NCBI GenBank assembly: GCA_002633005.1
Contig: NMRA01000283.1
Location: 408,351-472,350 of the forward strand
Length of the DNA: 64,000 bases
Reading direction: 5' to 3'
Source: Phoronis australis
Lineage: Eukaryota; Animalia; Phoronida
Shown here: positions 38,255 through 52,000 of the stretch, piece by piece
How the letters are laid out: each line of letters starts with the position of its first letter
Position numbering within the stretch: the stretch's first letter is position 1
Notes under the pieces: generated by a model
What the model saw: only the letters and a program-made list of their open reading frames with translations
Database searches by the model: none
What the model was told of the DNA's origin: nothing
Made by a program: the position numbers and the translations under genes

Positions 38255-41200
38255 TTACGGGAATGCAACTCCATAAAATGCATGGCCTGGAGAGTTGAAA
38301 CACTTGTATGAACAAAGAAGTGCTCGCACTGGAATTTGCTTCAGCTGTGACGTATTCTTCAAGTGGAGATCCTGTAATGCAAAACACAAATTATACAGCA
38401 ACATTTGCATGATCACACAGATTGCGAGTACAGTTCAAAAACTATAATGTGGCTCAGATTGTTTACAAAAACAGAATAGTAAGAAATAATCTGCATTTAG
38501 AACTCAGTGGCAGCTTTGACACCAGTAAATACTTTCAGTTGGATTTAAGCCTTTTCACTCTAAACCTGAACTTTACAACAATGATTTACAATAAATTATT
38601 GTGAAGATTAACACATGAGGTCCATATCACTGTAGAGAAATTTAATAGAAAGGTAAGTCTCTCATCCTACGTCAATAAGACAGAATGATTAAAGGACTAA
38701 GAAAGTAGAATGAAACTTAAGGTGACTGTATATCTTGCACTGACTATTAAAGCGAAAATTCACTTCATTACCAACAGTGAAATCAGTTGGACTGGAATAA
38801 AGGAGTCGCTCATTTCAAAAACTAAATCGAAGCTAAATCCAGACATCAAACTAGTCTATCATTGTTAAGCATTTCCGAGCTCTTTTGTCCAGTATCAAGA
38901 CAACTCACAAGCCAGTTATGTACCATGGTTCAAATGATTACTAAAACCATTCACCAACGGGTACCAGAGAACACAAAAACCCATCTATTTTGGCAAATGT
39001 TTGTCGTAATTCTACGGCCAAAAATGACAGTTTGAAAAACTACCCGTTTAAGTCGACGACATATCAACTTATTTTAGCCAGTGTTTTATTGCTGTGAAGC
39101 CATCACTTAATGTGCTAATTGATCTACTCCATACAATGAGACATTAGATCAGATTTCATGATAAACAGGCAACAACTTGACAACAGGAGGACCTGTACAA
39201 ATCTATTATCCAAGTACAAGGTGCTGTGAAATGAGCCAAGTTTCGAATGACGACATGAAAACCCTGCCCTTACCTGCTGTGGCTGTACAAATCGAACACA
39301 CTCAAGCCATGTGTTTAGGAAGGACTCGCTGCACACAGCGCATTTACTGGCTTGAGATAACATCTCTCGCACGTCGGGATAATGGCGTATAGCTCGCCTC
39401 AGATAGGACCACCTATCACGCAGTTCTTTCATGACATATCTTGCAACAATCTCCTGGAAATAGCGTCGAAAATAAGAAACTTTTTCAGAAAAAAACTGCT
39501 GACAACCATGAAATTCATTAACAGAGTTGCTCATGAATTTTATGTCGTAAGTTCATTGACTAAAAACATACTGCAATATTCAATTAACAGTGGTGACATT
39601 AATTATACATGAAGCAATTCACATATGCCAGTATCGGGAACATCAACTCACTTATTGAAAATGTTGCAGAACTATCATAGACAAAAATAGGTGTTTTTAA
39701 ATATGCCAATACATGTCCAATTTCTGACCTTGGTCATGCTGAAGACAGTCAGATATAGGGCACAAACATCCGCACACACGTGCACACCTTGCACAAATAG
39801 TCACGGATCTCATTTAAACTTTTAGCAATATCATCTATCAGTTCACCACTTTCCATTCTGAAACATATGGCAGACCTCACTGCCTCTGCCCCTCAAATTT
39901 TCGAAGCGCCAACAAATACTACCTTAAGTGTGAGTATCTCTTCCTCTTGTATTGAGTGGACTGGGAGATATTCCAACATAGGGTTGAGTTCTAGATAGAG
40001 CTCCTTCAATGGCAGGTTACCAATTTCTGTTGGCAATATGCGCAGTTCATTGGCTGCAACATCTAGCTTCTGCAACTTGTAGCATTTACCAATACTCTGA
40101 AAATGGAACACATTATTTTATTATGCTCACTACTGGACCAAAGCTGAATATAGAAATGTAAGTTGGTATTCCGTCCTGGGTGTTCTTCAGATACGATGGG
40201 TATAAGAGTGCAAACATGAGGTGAAAAGTAGACCAGTTCATTACGCGTGAATCATGAAAAGACACACCCGTATATCCGTACCACAATACACCCATTTCAA
40301 CACCTGACTCAAAAATGCCCCACTTCAATATAGCTGAAACAAAAAATGACCCATGTCTGCAGCGATACGTTGTTAAGTAGCCAACCACAACAGTAATACC
40401 AGACTTCACAAAAGTACTACCAAAATTCAACTCACATCTCAACAAAATCAGCACAAATAATAACCATTCCGATACAAAAGTAGGCAAAAACTCTTCACAT
40501 TCCAGTGGCACATATGTCCCCACCCATCCTATAGTAGTACACCCCTAGATTCCATCGTTTTCTCTCAATCTAGTATTCCAGTAATTGCTAATCTCCACAA
40601 GTAAATTGTTGTTTGAATGATAGTTTACCCACATGTATTCATTAGATTGGAAATTTCATTGACTTCCACTACAGCCACAGCTACGGTGTTTAAACAACTG
40701 ACTGACTGAATAATGTCATGTAGCGATGACTGCTCAGTTGAACAAAATAACCCATGAAAACTCAAAAGCAAGTACTCTAGAAAATCATCAGTATGGGCCA
40801 CAACACAGCAGGTGAAATTTCATTTTGTCGAATTTGTCAACAAAATTAACTTTTCAGGAAAATTTACTTTGCTTTTAGCACGGGTTGTATTGTGTAGATA
40901 TCAGCAAGCAACATTTGGTAAAATTTTTAGCTTTGGCAACAACGTGATAAACCTCAGAAGAATAAAAACATGGCAATTTTAGCAATTATTTTTGTCCCAA
41001 ATTGAAGAATTTTTACTGATTTGTAATTCCTGATGTCCTAACACAATTTTATCAACTTTCTCGGCTTGTGGTTGAATATTATTCAGCTCATTCAACACTA
41101 AGACACCTCGTATGAGATTGACATGGAACTGAGTCAGACGGAGTAACCTAATGTACAAACCACCACTGTGACAAGTCTACCTCTGGCAGCTCCTTCAGTC

Positions 41201-44200
41201 TGTTCTTGGGTAGGAACACAACCTCCAAGTTGATGAGAAAGCCAAACTCGAGAGGCAGTGACTCCAGCTCATTGTTGGCAGCGTGAAGCTCTCGAAGATT
41301 TGTCAGAGCACACAGTCTGAAGGGCAGTGTGGTCAGCTTGTTGTTGTCCAAGCTGAGAAATTCCAAGCTGGACAATCTGACAAAGCAAAACTTGGTACAT
41401 TGTATCATGCGATAGCCACCAATTAGGAAACACTAAGGTACAATCCTAAAAAATGTCCCAATTTGACTAATTTTGCAATATCGTATATCAGAAACGTCTT
41501 ATTGGATTCAAATAAAACTTTCAGATACTACGATTCATGCATTGTTTCCAAACCACTGTTAGGAATTGCTTTAAAAATGATCTACTTTTACAAAATGTGC
41601 TATCAAAACAGAATTTTTCAAAAAATGATTTTTATGAAAAAATTAAAAGTTGCCAAAATAAAAATAAAATAATACATTCAGAAAACTGTTAACAGCCTGT
41701 TTGTTATCATCTTGAATATTTTTAATTATCAAATGAAATTTAGTTGTGAAATTGATATATTTGTTATACCTTTCTTTTTTCATAAAATCTACTAAAAAAA
41801 CATTACAAATTCTCACAACAGATTGGTATAACATAAACTAAAAAAATTGTACAGGTTTTCTATTTTCAGAAAATATATACCTTTGCTGAGTTCAATTTTA
41901 TAGCTTTGTAGAAATTTGAATGAACAAGCACTTCAGTAAGGTCCTGCATAACGTCAAGAGCCGGTAAAATTAGGGCACCAACTCGGAGGGAAATTTGGTA
42001 AAAGCCGCATTTCATGTGCCCACATTTTGAGAACCAGTTATCTCCACTGCATAACAGGAATCAAACTGGTTCTCAAAATTTGGGCACATCATTTTATATA
42101 TAGTTTGTCTTGAGCTCAAGGCGCGGAGTAACTTCCGTATAATTTCTGACTGTTTTCAAGGTTTGTTGCTTTAACAAAAACAAAAATGAAACAGAAGTTT
42201 TTATCACCAGCAACAGCTTTTAACATATTTCAATTATTTTATAATAGAAGCTGACATCAAAGGATCAAATTGACAAAGTGTGGCAAGATTTATAATACTT
42301 ACAGTCCAATTTCCTGAGGTAGTGAACTAATGCCATTGTTATTTAAGTTGAGGGATGTCAAACTTGACATTTGACCTGGAAAATGAATAACAGTTTTGAA
42401 ACTTACTGTATCAAAAAATGATTGCGATGGTTGATATTAAAAATTCAGTTGCTTATCGAAACATTAATGTATAACAGCATCTACTAATTTTTTAGCAAAT
42501 AAACTTATTTAAAAAAGCAACCACTCAAAAGAGTCTGCCATTTGAAAGCTAATATGCAGGTTGTGAATTTGGTTGACAATTGAAGTTTAATGTTTATTTG
42601 TAAACAAAATGGTACAGCAAAAGGAAACCTAAATTTAAAGCCGTCAAATATTTTAAATGCTTTTTTAAACCACTTCCAGCGAATTGTTTTTAAAAATACT
42701 CACATAATATATCTGCATTGATTGTCTTAATTTGGTTGTTAAACAAGTGTAAATTTAACAACGAGGTAAGACAACTAAGAGCCTTGGGCAACTCTTCAAG
42801 TTCATTGTTTCCCAGGTTTAGTCCTTCAAGCTGCAAAAGCAATAGGATAAACTTGTAAACATTTAAGTCCAGTCAGCACGCCATCTGTTGGCCACATCAT
42901 GGGTTTGCAACATATTACCTATGCCATATTGAGATTGACATATTCATATACAATAGTATAAAGTTTGTAAATAACGATAACAATGCTCGACTCTTCATCT
43001 GATATATTATTAAATTAGTTATATCTTCACTTCAGTATGTTAAGAGTGTAAAAATAAGTGCAATCGATAACTAACTTAAGGTAAAACATTGAGTATTGAG
43101 ATACAGTCAATTAGAACCACAGTGCATGAGATACAACTACCATAGATACAGGGTGAAAGAGGACTGGTTGGCATTCAGTGAGTAGTGAGCTTGGTGTTAT
43201 TGTGTCAGTGATTCTTTGGTGAATTTTTTATGATGTCTTCAGTGTCTCTTGTAACCCTTACAGGTTCATTAATTTAGAAAACTCAGACACTCTAATTTCT
43301 CAGAAACGCATCTGATACAAGTAATTTTTTATACGCATTCAAAAAATTTCTCATCTAGATAAAAAAATTAAGCAAAGGAAAAACAAATCTCTGAGAAAAT
43401 TTTGAAAATTATAGTCAAATGCAAGTACATTAAGGTAATAAAAATGTCTTTTTTGTAAATTATTATGGAGCCACACAAATCCATTGTCACAGCTTCTGAT
43501 AAATATATGACATGGCAAACATCCATAATCAGTATCGTGATTGACATATCCCATTATAGAAAAAATCTGATGCAAGGACGTTACTCTCAACAACTTCCTG
43601 ACAGTAGCAAAATCAGTTGTGTGGAGTTATCAACTGATGTCATGAAAACATCAAACTTTGAAATAAGACTCTAAACTCAATGTTTCAAGTTTCATGATAT
43701 AGTCTGCTGGTCTTACCATTCTCCTGGAGAGTAAAAACCAAGAAATTTCCACTATCACAATCTAATCTACAATCACACTTGATTAAACTTGTCAAGCATG
43801 CCTTTTGTGTTGGTACACAATCCTGTGGTGAAGCTGATCAGATTTACAATCACAGAAAGGAATCAACAGGTAAAAGTTAAGTCTAATTTCACTGAAAATC
43901 AAAATTTTTTCTCCATTCAAATTTTTTTGGTGAAAGTATTTCATACAAAACACATCTGCTTCATGACATTTAATGGTTGTAAGTCATTTGCAAATAGCAC
44001 TTTTAAATATTGGTTAGCGTCAGGTGCACTGTTTACAACATAAGTGCTGAATTACGTGAGCTTATAAGACGAAATCAGGCAATAAGAGATCTGGAATATG
44101 TAAACATTGGTTTGCCACTGACAAACTGATTCCCACATGGCTGTATCCGATTGGCTGACTGTTCAATGCGCGGGTGAGTAATGCATACCTGAGTTAATTC

Positions 44201-44365
44201 TCCAAATTCCTTGGGCAGTTCCTTTAGCTTGTTGTTCTTTAGTGAAATACTGAGGACATTTCCTAACCTGTTGATGGCTTTAGGAACTTTACTCAGCTTC
44301 TTGTTACTCAAGTTGAGATTCTTCGGCTGAGACTTAATGGCTGGTAGTAAAATAGAGTCAGCCAT
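38255..44365 (-). CDS. LRRC69: Leucine-rich repeat-containing protein 69
   Basis: Exons (minus): 44189-44365, 42704-42830, 42303-42375, 41181-41376, 39923-40096, 39274-39453, 38255-38371; 347 aa. LRRs followed by the LRRC69-type tail CAVCSESFLNTWLECVRFV...IPVRALLCSYKCFN...FYGVA. Confidence 0.92.
42014..42089. repeat. 76-nt hairpin with about 26-bp arms
   Basis: ATGTGCCCACATTTTGAGAACCAGTT ... AACTGGTTCTCAAAATTTGGGCACAT (one mismatch). Confidence 0.85.
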
Positions 44366-45934
44366 AACACAACTCACATTATTGTTAACTGAAAGGAACA
44401 TGAAACAAACAATCATTTTGTGTTTCATATTTCAAACACGCAACATTTATGTAATTAACAGCACACTTGTTTAGGAAGCCAACAGAGAGTTTTGATGTGT
44501 CCACCAAATTCTTCAGGCTTCAGAACAGTTCAGGGGGAGCATGACAGCATTTTCCCGTTCAGTGACTTTACCAGACGAAGGGGGTTCTGAGCCTGTGATA
44601 ACATCTAGCTTCTTTGTTAACTGCCAAGCACAGTCTTTTGTCTGTTATGACAACAGTTAAGTGGGCCAATTATCTACCAGGCTTATTACAGACCACGTGT
44701 GAACACAGTCAAATTCAGAGTGATTGTTGTAACTTCGATTGTAGTTGGGCGACTTTGGCGATTCAAAAACTAAACATGATCACCATTTGACAAAGATTTC
44801 AGAAATGCTATTGGTTTATGTTCAAGTATGTTATAACTTAACTTTTATTTTTATCAGCACATCCCAGTCAGGGTAGATACAATCTTGTTGGAGATTAGAG
44901 CAATTGTCGAACAAAAGAGAGCTGGCCCTCCAACCATAAATGCCAAAATGGAGTTAATCAGTCATGTAAGATATTGGGTACAGGGGTAAACTTCCCAACT
45001 TGTTGTTGGGCTATAGAATCGAACAACTTGGGAGCAACGGGAAAATGCCGTAATGGGCAGTTCCATTTCAAATACTGGGTAGTGGACACTGTCACACATC
45101 TAAAATCTAGAGCGACAAAACTTCTGGACACAGAACTCTACCCCTGGAGACCAACTCTGCACGTGACCGTATTCCATTATTAAGGCTTGGCGATTTATTA
45201 GCTAGCCAGTCCGAGTGGCACTGTGATTTTCTGAGTCTTGCCCGTGAGTGCTTGAATGAGTTTCATTGAGTGTTGTAGCTATCAGAAATGAAGCCTAATT
45301 TCATTGTTTCATACTCATTTTGTGACTTTTGTTGATCAAGCAAGACTCTTGAGTTACAGTTCCAGGCAACCAGTGATTACTTGGCAATTAATTAGACGGT
45401 CAACAACTTGAACCCAACAATTGGTCAGCTGATATGACGTCATATATCCTAGCAAGACTAGTGTAAAGGGCAGCCAGTTGCCACTTCGGGTAACTGAACG
45501 AAGAACTGATCGAAAAAAGTTTGATTCTGGGAATATTTGTTTGAGACAGGAAGACTTAGATATCAACAGCCTCCAAGGTGTCCCTCTATGATCGAGCAAA
45601 AGGTACTTGTAGCAACATAACTTTAATGATTGAAACAGTGTAAAGCATAATTCGCCAAAAAAACTTCCAGCGTATGGAAGGCCTATGGGATATCCACTGT
45701 CTCCACTGGAGCCAGTTGAGACGGCGGTATGCTACTGTCTACAGTCTAGTGTAGCTAACCTGTCTGGGAAATTAGAGTGCAGCCGCAGGGACATGACAAT
45801 ATGTGAATATGACATCCGACTTATCATTCTAAAGACAAACAAATAACAAAAAAATCTCAAAAAGTTTTTGTGAATTAATGCTCACTAAATATTACCTCAA
45901 AATATAAGATTGTGACAGATCGTCTAAACATACT

Positions 45935-46000
45935 GTAACCTGGTAACAATCACCGTTTTTCGGTCAACACTCATTTCCACGACTTGGTTGCTATTGAAGC
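45935..46000. promoter_or_regulatory. Putative bidirectional promoter LRRC69/VIPAS39 with X-box-like motifs
   Basis: GTAACCTGGTAAC (45935-45947) and GTTGCTATTGAAGC (45987-46000), about 80-140 nt upstream of the VIPAS39 ATG. The first overlaps a possible minus-strand donor for a non-coding LRRC69 exon. Confidence 0.4.
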
Positions 46001-46078
46001 TTTTCGTAGTTTTTGTTTTGTCTCAGAGAGGGCAGGACGGTTAGTTCATTACCCCCATCTGTTGGTGTAAGTAGAAAA

Positions 46079-49000
46079 ATGGCTTCTGGGCCAAGGAAGG
46101 TGAGTTTTGTTCTTTATAGTTTTACTTTCACTTTGATGCAGATTGAAATTCTACTTGTGCCTCCAGCGCACCGACGTTTTGTGTATCCAGGGAAACCAAT
46201 CATTAGAAATTTGGTATGTTATAGAGTATGCTGCATACAAATTACAGGGATAGTGAAAACAGTGATTTGAGTTATTCACATTTTCCTCTCCAGTTCAGGC
46301 CACGCAATACTACTAGGCAATTACATAGCCCTGGATGCCGCAGGCATACCAGGGGCGATAGTTCATCTCCATAAAAAGTTACTCATTTCAAAATACAGCA
46401 AATAAAATCGAATGAATCATATATGCTCATAGACTTATAATTCTTCTTCTGCTTGGTTTAAGTGACCACACTCTTTCCAGAGTAATTACTCTGCAAGCGC
46501 AGAGTACTGTTGTTCCTGGGTTTTCTTCAGTTTTATTATTCTTATTCTTATTCTTCTTCCGACCAACTTTGAGGCTTAATAACTCCAAATTGGGTGCAGG
46601 TACAGTCTTTAAATTCAGCATATGACTTTTGACAGTACATAAATTTTGATTCGTTAGATAATCATATTCCATAATGCACCGGAAGAGGTCATTTGGTGCA
46701 AAGGTCATGTAATTTTCAAAATGCTACTCCTTCTTTATTTTAAAAGCTATTCTTTTCAAATTCGGTACACAGGTATAAGTCAATCGGGTCATCCAATCAG
46801 GTTAAACAGGTCAATGGTCATTAGGTGCAAACTAAAATTTTGAGCTAGACACTTCAAATTCACAGGTCTGGTAATTCAATTCGGAATCCAAAGTTTCAGG
46901 TCATTTAGTACAAACATGGGGTCATTAGGTGCATTTTTCTTCTGAAAATTTGACCTTTTCATTCATCAGGTATTCTGATGTGTCAACCATTAGACAACTG
47001 TCATTCTCAGCATTAAACACATTTTTCATGGGCTTTACAATAATACTCCTAAAGACGCTTATAATGCACCGGATAGGGTCAATTAGTGCAAAGGTCATCT
47101 AACGTTCAAAACGTGATATCTTACATTTTTCAAGGAATTCTTTTCAATTTCAGCACACTAGTGTAAGTCAACATGTCAATTGAATTCCCTTCTTTACTAC
47201 GCAATAGGCCTAACCAGTCAGAAAAAATAGGTCAAGGGTCATTGAGTGCAAACTAAAATTTTGAGCTAGAGACTTCAATATTACATATCTGTTTACTAAA
47301 TTCGATTGAGTTTGAATTCTAAATTTTCAGGTCATTTGGTGCACCCATGGGGTCATTAGGTGCATTTTGAAAGTTTGACCAATTCATTCATCTTGTATTC
47401 TGAAGTGCTTAAAATAAAACATCTGTGATTGTTAGTATTGACCACACTTTTAAATCGGGGTTCATAATGCACCGGAAGAGGTCAATTAGTGGAAAGGTCA
47501 TCCAAATATTAACATGTAATTTCTCCTACATATTTAACGAATTCCTTTTCATATTGGTAAACGGGTTGCTGTCAGTAACTTCCAAAAAACAATTCCAGTA
47601 ATGCGCACGCGCAGAGTCCATTATTTTCATGCCGTGACAATAATCTTTCTAGTTGTCACTGTAATCTGTATGACAATCAACAAAAACGAGAACAACTATA
47701 ACAGGTTTAAAAGGATGTAGGCCTATATACATAGTGGGCGTCACTTCAGAGGCTGGTTAGCATAGCTAGATTGTTAACAGATTTATAGGCAGTCAGTAAG
47801 CTTGTGCCCCAAATGGAGGCACCCCTCTATGTTACTTCAGAAAGGCAGATAGCTTGCTGACAAAGATATTAAGAGAAGGGACTGGTGTAGGCTAATGCAG
47901 CCCGGCAAGCTATTCCAGTCCGCGACTTTTCTAGCACATATCATGACTCTGGATACAATTTAGTCAACATAACTTGAACATATCTGTGGAAATCTGTTGC
48001 GGTTCGCTCAAGATTCTCTGACCTGGTGCCATTTTGGGGAAGTTTATACGTGAAATCACGCCTGTTGACGAACAAAAAGTCCAACGGACACAAATCTGAC
48101 AAATTTCACTGGATATCTCATGCTGTTTTGCCAGTGTCACATGTCACATGCTTCGCTCGGTCTCGTGCTAGCCTTTGCCTAACTCGCGTTGAAATATTTT
48201 GTGGTTATCGCGCGCACAGTGAAAACGTTAACAGTGACCAAAAAAGTGGAGTTGGAATTCTTTGCCCAAGTCACCTTAATTCTCATAGCTATGCTTTGAA
48301 GCAGAAAGGATCACTGAAGAAAGTAAGCCCCTTTTTAAGTGATAGTTATGTATTGTTGACGAGGTGAAAACTGTTAATCGGTAAGCGGATTTCGCCTTCT
48401 GCCCATTTAAAATACACGGGACGAAATTAGTACAGAAAGCAATGGGAAGTATCATAGCCCCTAACTGGCCAACCGAGGAGCTACGTGTTGCCTAGTCACG
48501 CACATGCCCAGCCTCGGAGCTCAGCAGGCTCATGCAAGCGCCTCCCACTCTAGTCTATATTAATTCTCTCATACAGTCAGTTTCTCACTGTGCAGATAAT
48601 GCTAGGACCTCGCTAGAAAAGCAAGACTTCACAAGATTACGCGAGATTTTGTCGTGTACTTAAAAATAAGAAATGCACTCAAAATGCTATAGGAAGTAAA
48701 CAGCCTGCTGCAGTCGGAATCATTTGGCTAAAATCGGAAAGGCCAGTTCATTCTTGTGTGCCCCAGGAGGTGGGCCTATGCACAGAATGTTGGGGTCAAA
48801 AGGGGGAAATTGGTAGTCAGATATTGAGCGTGTAAGAAGCTCCTAATTTTCTTTGTGAGCCAAAAAAAAACTGAGAATTCTGTCAGGCTGCATTTGACGA
48901 GTTGCTAAGCGTCTAACCCTGTGTAATGTTTGTACTGTGTCTCTTTCAGTCCTGGTTTACAGAGGAGGATGATGACTATTGGTCATCCTCTACAAAAGGT

Positions 49001-52000
49001 TATGACTTCGGGGATGATTTACCTGTAAGTACACTCAGTCGATTTCATAATGTGGTTTAAAGTTATACCTGGTGTAAACTGAGGATAGTAGGCTAGGTTT
49101 AAAGATAATCTCCATTTCACAAAGGTAGTTGTTCTATTGGTCTAGTCTGGTAAAGCCTGGTTTAATTCTATTTTAGACCTGATCTGAGCAAATGTGTCAC
49201 TATTGAGATCTAAACACTTCAAACCTGGCTTACGATCTCACATTAAGTTGAATAGTATTGGCTCTAATGAAGTAGATACGGACCTGTGTGCTTTTAGTAT
49301 CTGCAACTATGATTTGCCATAAAGTGTCATTGATGCAATTTTAGAATGACTATGAATAATTTTTATTTCAATTTGATGACTTCAAAGATTTTACGAACAG
49401 GTTTAGAAGGTCAATAGAGATGATGATTTCATATACGATGAAGCTGTCTTTTCCCTTTGTGAATTTTTGCCTTCAGAATTACTGAAATATTTTCATCTCT
49501 TCTCCAATTAGATTCTTTAATTACATTCGGCGACCAACCAATAAGTGCCTAGAATTTTCTCAACTGGGTTACTCTGAATGGAAAAATATGTGCTTCAAAT
49601 GCTAATAAGCTCAGCTTATAGCTTGTGTTTGCGGTAAAAGAATAACGAGGATTTTTTTTCGCGAAGAACAAGGTGGATGTTCACTTGTTGGATTTGTTTA
49701 ACTTATCAAGCATTAATCTTCGCAACACCCAGACAAGGTGAGCTAAAAATAGACAATTACCTTTGACTGCCGATGGAAATTAACCTGACAACTAACTGCA
49801 AATCTCTCAGTGGCTCTTTATAAACTGTGTGTCTTACTATTTCTTTGTCAATATTCTTCTGCAAACTTGTTTGTTGGTCATAATTTTTGGTTTCTGAAAT
49901 AGTGTGGTGTGTTCCTTTGACAATGTCTAATTATGATTCTACTATACAACAAAGGCAGGGGCAATTAATAGCACTTTACAACTTGTTTTTTCAAACCTAC
50001 AGAACCTTAAAGATGCAAGGAAGATAGTTGGTGACCTTCAGAAAGACGCTGATGTCAACGACCAGTCAGAGGTTGTTAACTGGGATGGTTCCGCTGCCAT
50101 CACATTTGGTAAGAGATGAGAGATGAGACTAACGTTTGAGTTAGACCACCTGCCGCCATAAACCTGTTCTTGGTTTGTTCCTTCCTCGGATGACGTGTGA
50201 TTGCTGGGCATTTCGTTATTGCCTGACGCAATGATCAACTGTGGTCTGACTACCTAGTGGAGCCTGTCCCTAAACTAGTTGATTTGTCTGTTCATCCTAA
50301 ACCTTGAAATCACTACTAATCTGAATAAGGAACAAGTTGACGGAAGTCTGGTTTATGCTATCCTTTAATGAGGATGCCCTCAGTTAAGCTAGTATCTTAC
50401 AAGTTCAGAGATATCACACTGTTGCAAGGTTACGATAATGTGATGCGGGATCTCTTGAGCATTTCTTGAAATCAGTATGCAACAGTCTTAACACACCTTC
50501 CTCTCCGTATCCAAGCCACCATTTTACCCGACAAACAACACATCGGTGACTCTTCACAAGGGGGCGGAGCTTGCAATAGGTCAATTGATTTGATGGTCAT
50601 ACCTGATTTGAACTCTCAACTTTGGCCCTAAACCTGCAATGTGAAATTGTAATTATGGATATCTGTATTTTGTGCTGTAGTTTATGCCTTTTTGAGTTTT
50701 GAATTCCGTTCATCGTGTCATTTGGTGTCTGCCTTCAGAGAAGTCTGCCAGATATCACCCACCACCCGTCCCCACATCAACCCCACCCAAACCGTTAGGA
50801 CAACAAGTGACCAATCATAACTCAAGACGAGAGTCATCGCCTGCTAGACCAGCTGTACCTCATTCAGTCAGTGCTGACACGTTCAAACAGAACCACTCAC
50901 GGTCAGCAAGTCTTGGTAAGTGGATTGGAGCACGTTGTTTGGAAACAGCGATTTGTCGTTGGTAAAGTGTTTACCATTAGTACAGTTCACATCAACTGTC
51001 CGGCAGCCATTCTCTCATCATGTGGGTGTAACCCATTTCACAAGATATGTGCGAAACGCACTGCACATGGTCACAGTTATTATGGTGAACATTCCCAATT
51101 TGAGTCTCTAAAATTTGGGACACTGAAATTCAAGCCTACCTTAAATTTTCTTGTTTCTGAAGATTGGGATTATGGGTAATTTTGGTGTTCATCATATTTC
51201 TTGCATGTTGAACATTACATTTTGTATTCAAGTCTGAGAAATATCGTCAAAAATAGCAGCCTAATGCAAAATTTCGGCTTTCTCATGATTCTTGAATTTA
51301 GGATGGCCATTATCTAAATTTTGGTACGACCTCCAACTTTGACAAAAATAATTAATTTCTCTGTCCCAAACTGGAGAATTGTTTACCGTAATTTGTGATA
51401 CTGACTCACTTGTATTCATTGCGACTGTTAGTTAAGAGTGCTGTTTAGTTTTATTTCATCATTGCTATTGAAGCATTTGCAGTGTTACCATGACTTAGCA
51501 AATTGTCTCGTACTGTAGCGTAAACGAGATGTTTCAGGATAAAAGAATTCAACAACTTTTTTGATAACTGCTACTGTATTAATTTGTCTTGAAAATTGTC
51601 TTTTGTGTAGGAAAGTTTGACAACACACCGACTGCTCTGAGGTCTAGTGGAAGTGAGCCAAGTATAGATGATGGTAAGAATGAGAACTAGTTAATACACC
51701 CTCATGCATTGTAGGTATTTATTGTGTAAGATTGTATTATTTGAACTGTGGGTGTTAAGCTCACATACTTGTAAATAGTACATAAAATCTTATTTGTGTT
51801 TAGTTGTGTATAAAGTAAATCAAATTTTCAAGATTAATCTGGAATGGTTGACTGTTGATCACCCACTTTGTCACAGATCAATACAAAGCCAGTGTTAGTG
51901 GAAAGGGCCATCACTTACCTGAGAGGAAAGGTGCCTATGCCATCCCCCTGGTAGCCACCGATGTCCAAAACCAACAGCTTGCATTAGTGACTCCAACCTC

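Noticed and set aside
38205-38387. 60-aa ORF as the last LRRC69 exon
   Set aside because: Wrong frame; the correct frame 38255-38371 gives IPVRALLCSYKCFN and fits the phase-0 junction.
40113-40523. 136-aa hydrophobic ORF inside an LRRC69 intron
   Set aside because: No recognisable motif, non-ATG start, and repeat-like sequence; probably a chance frame in a transposon remnant.
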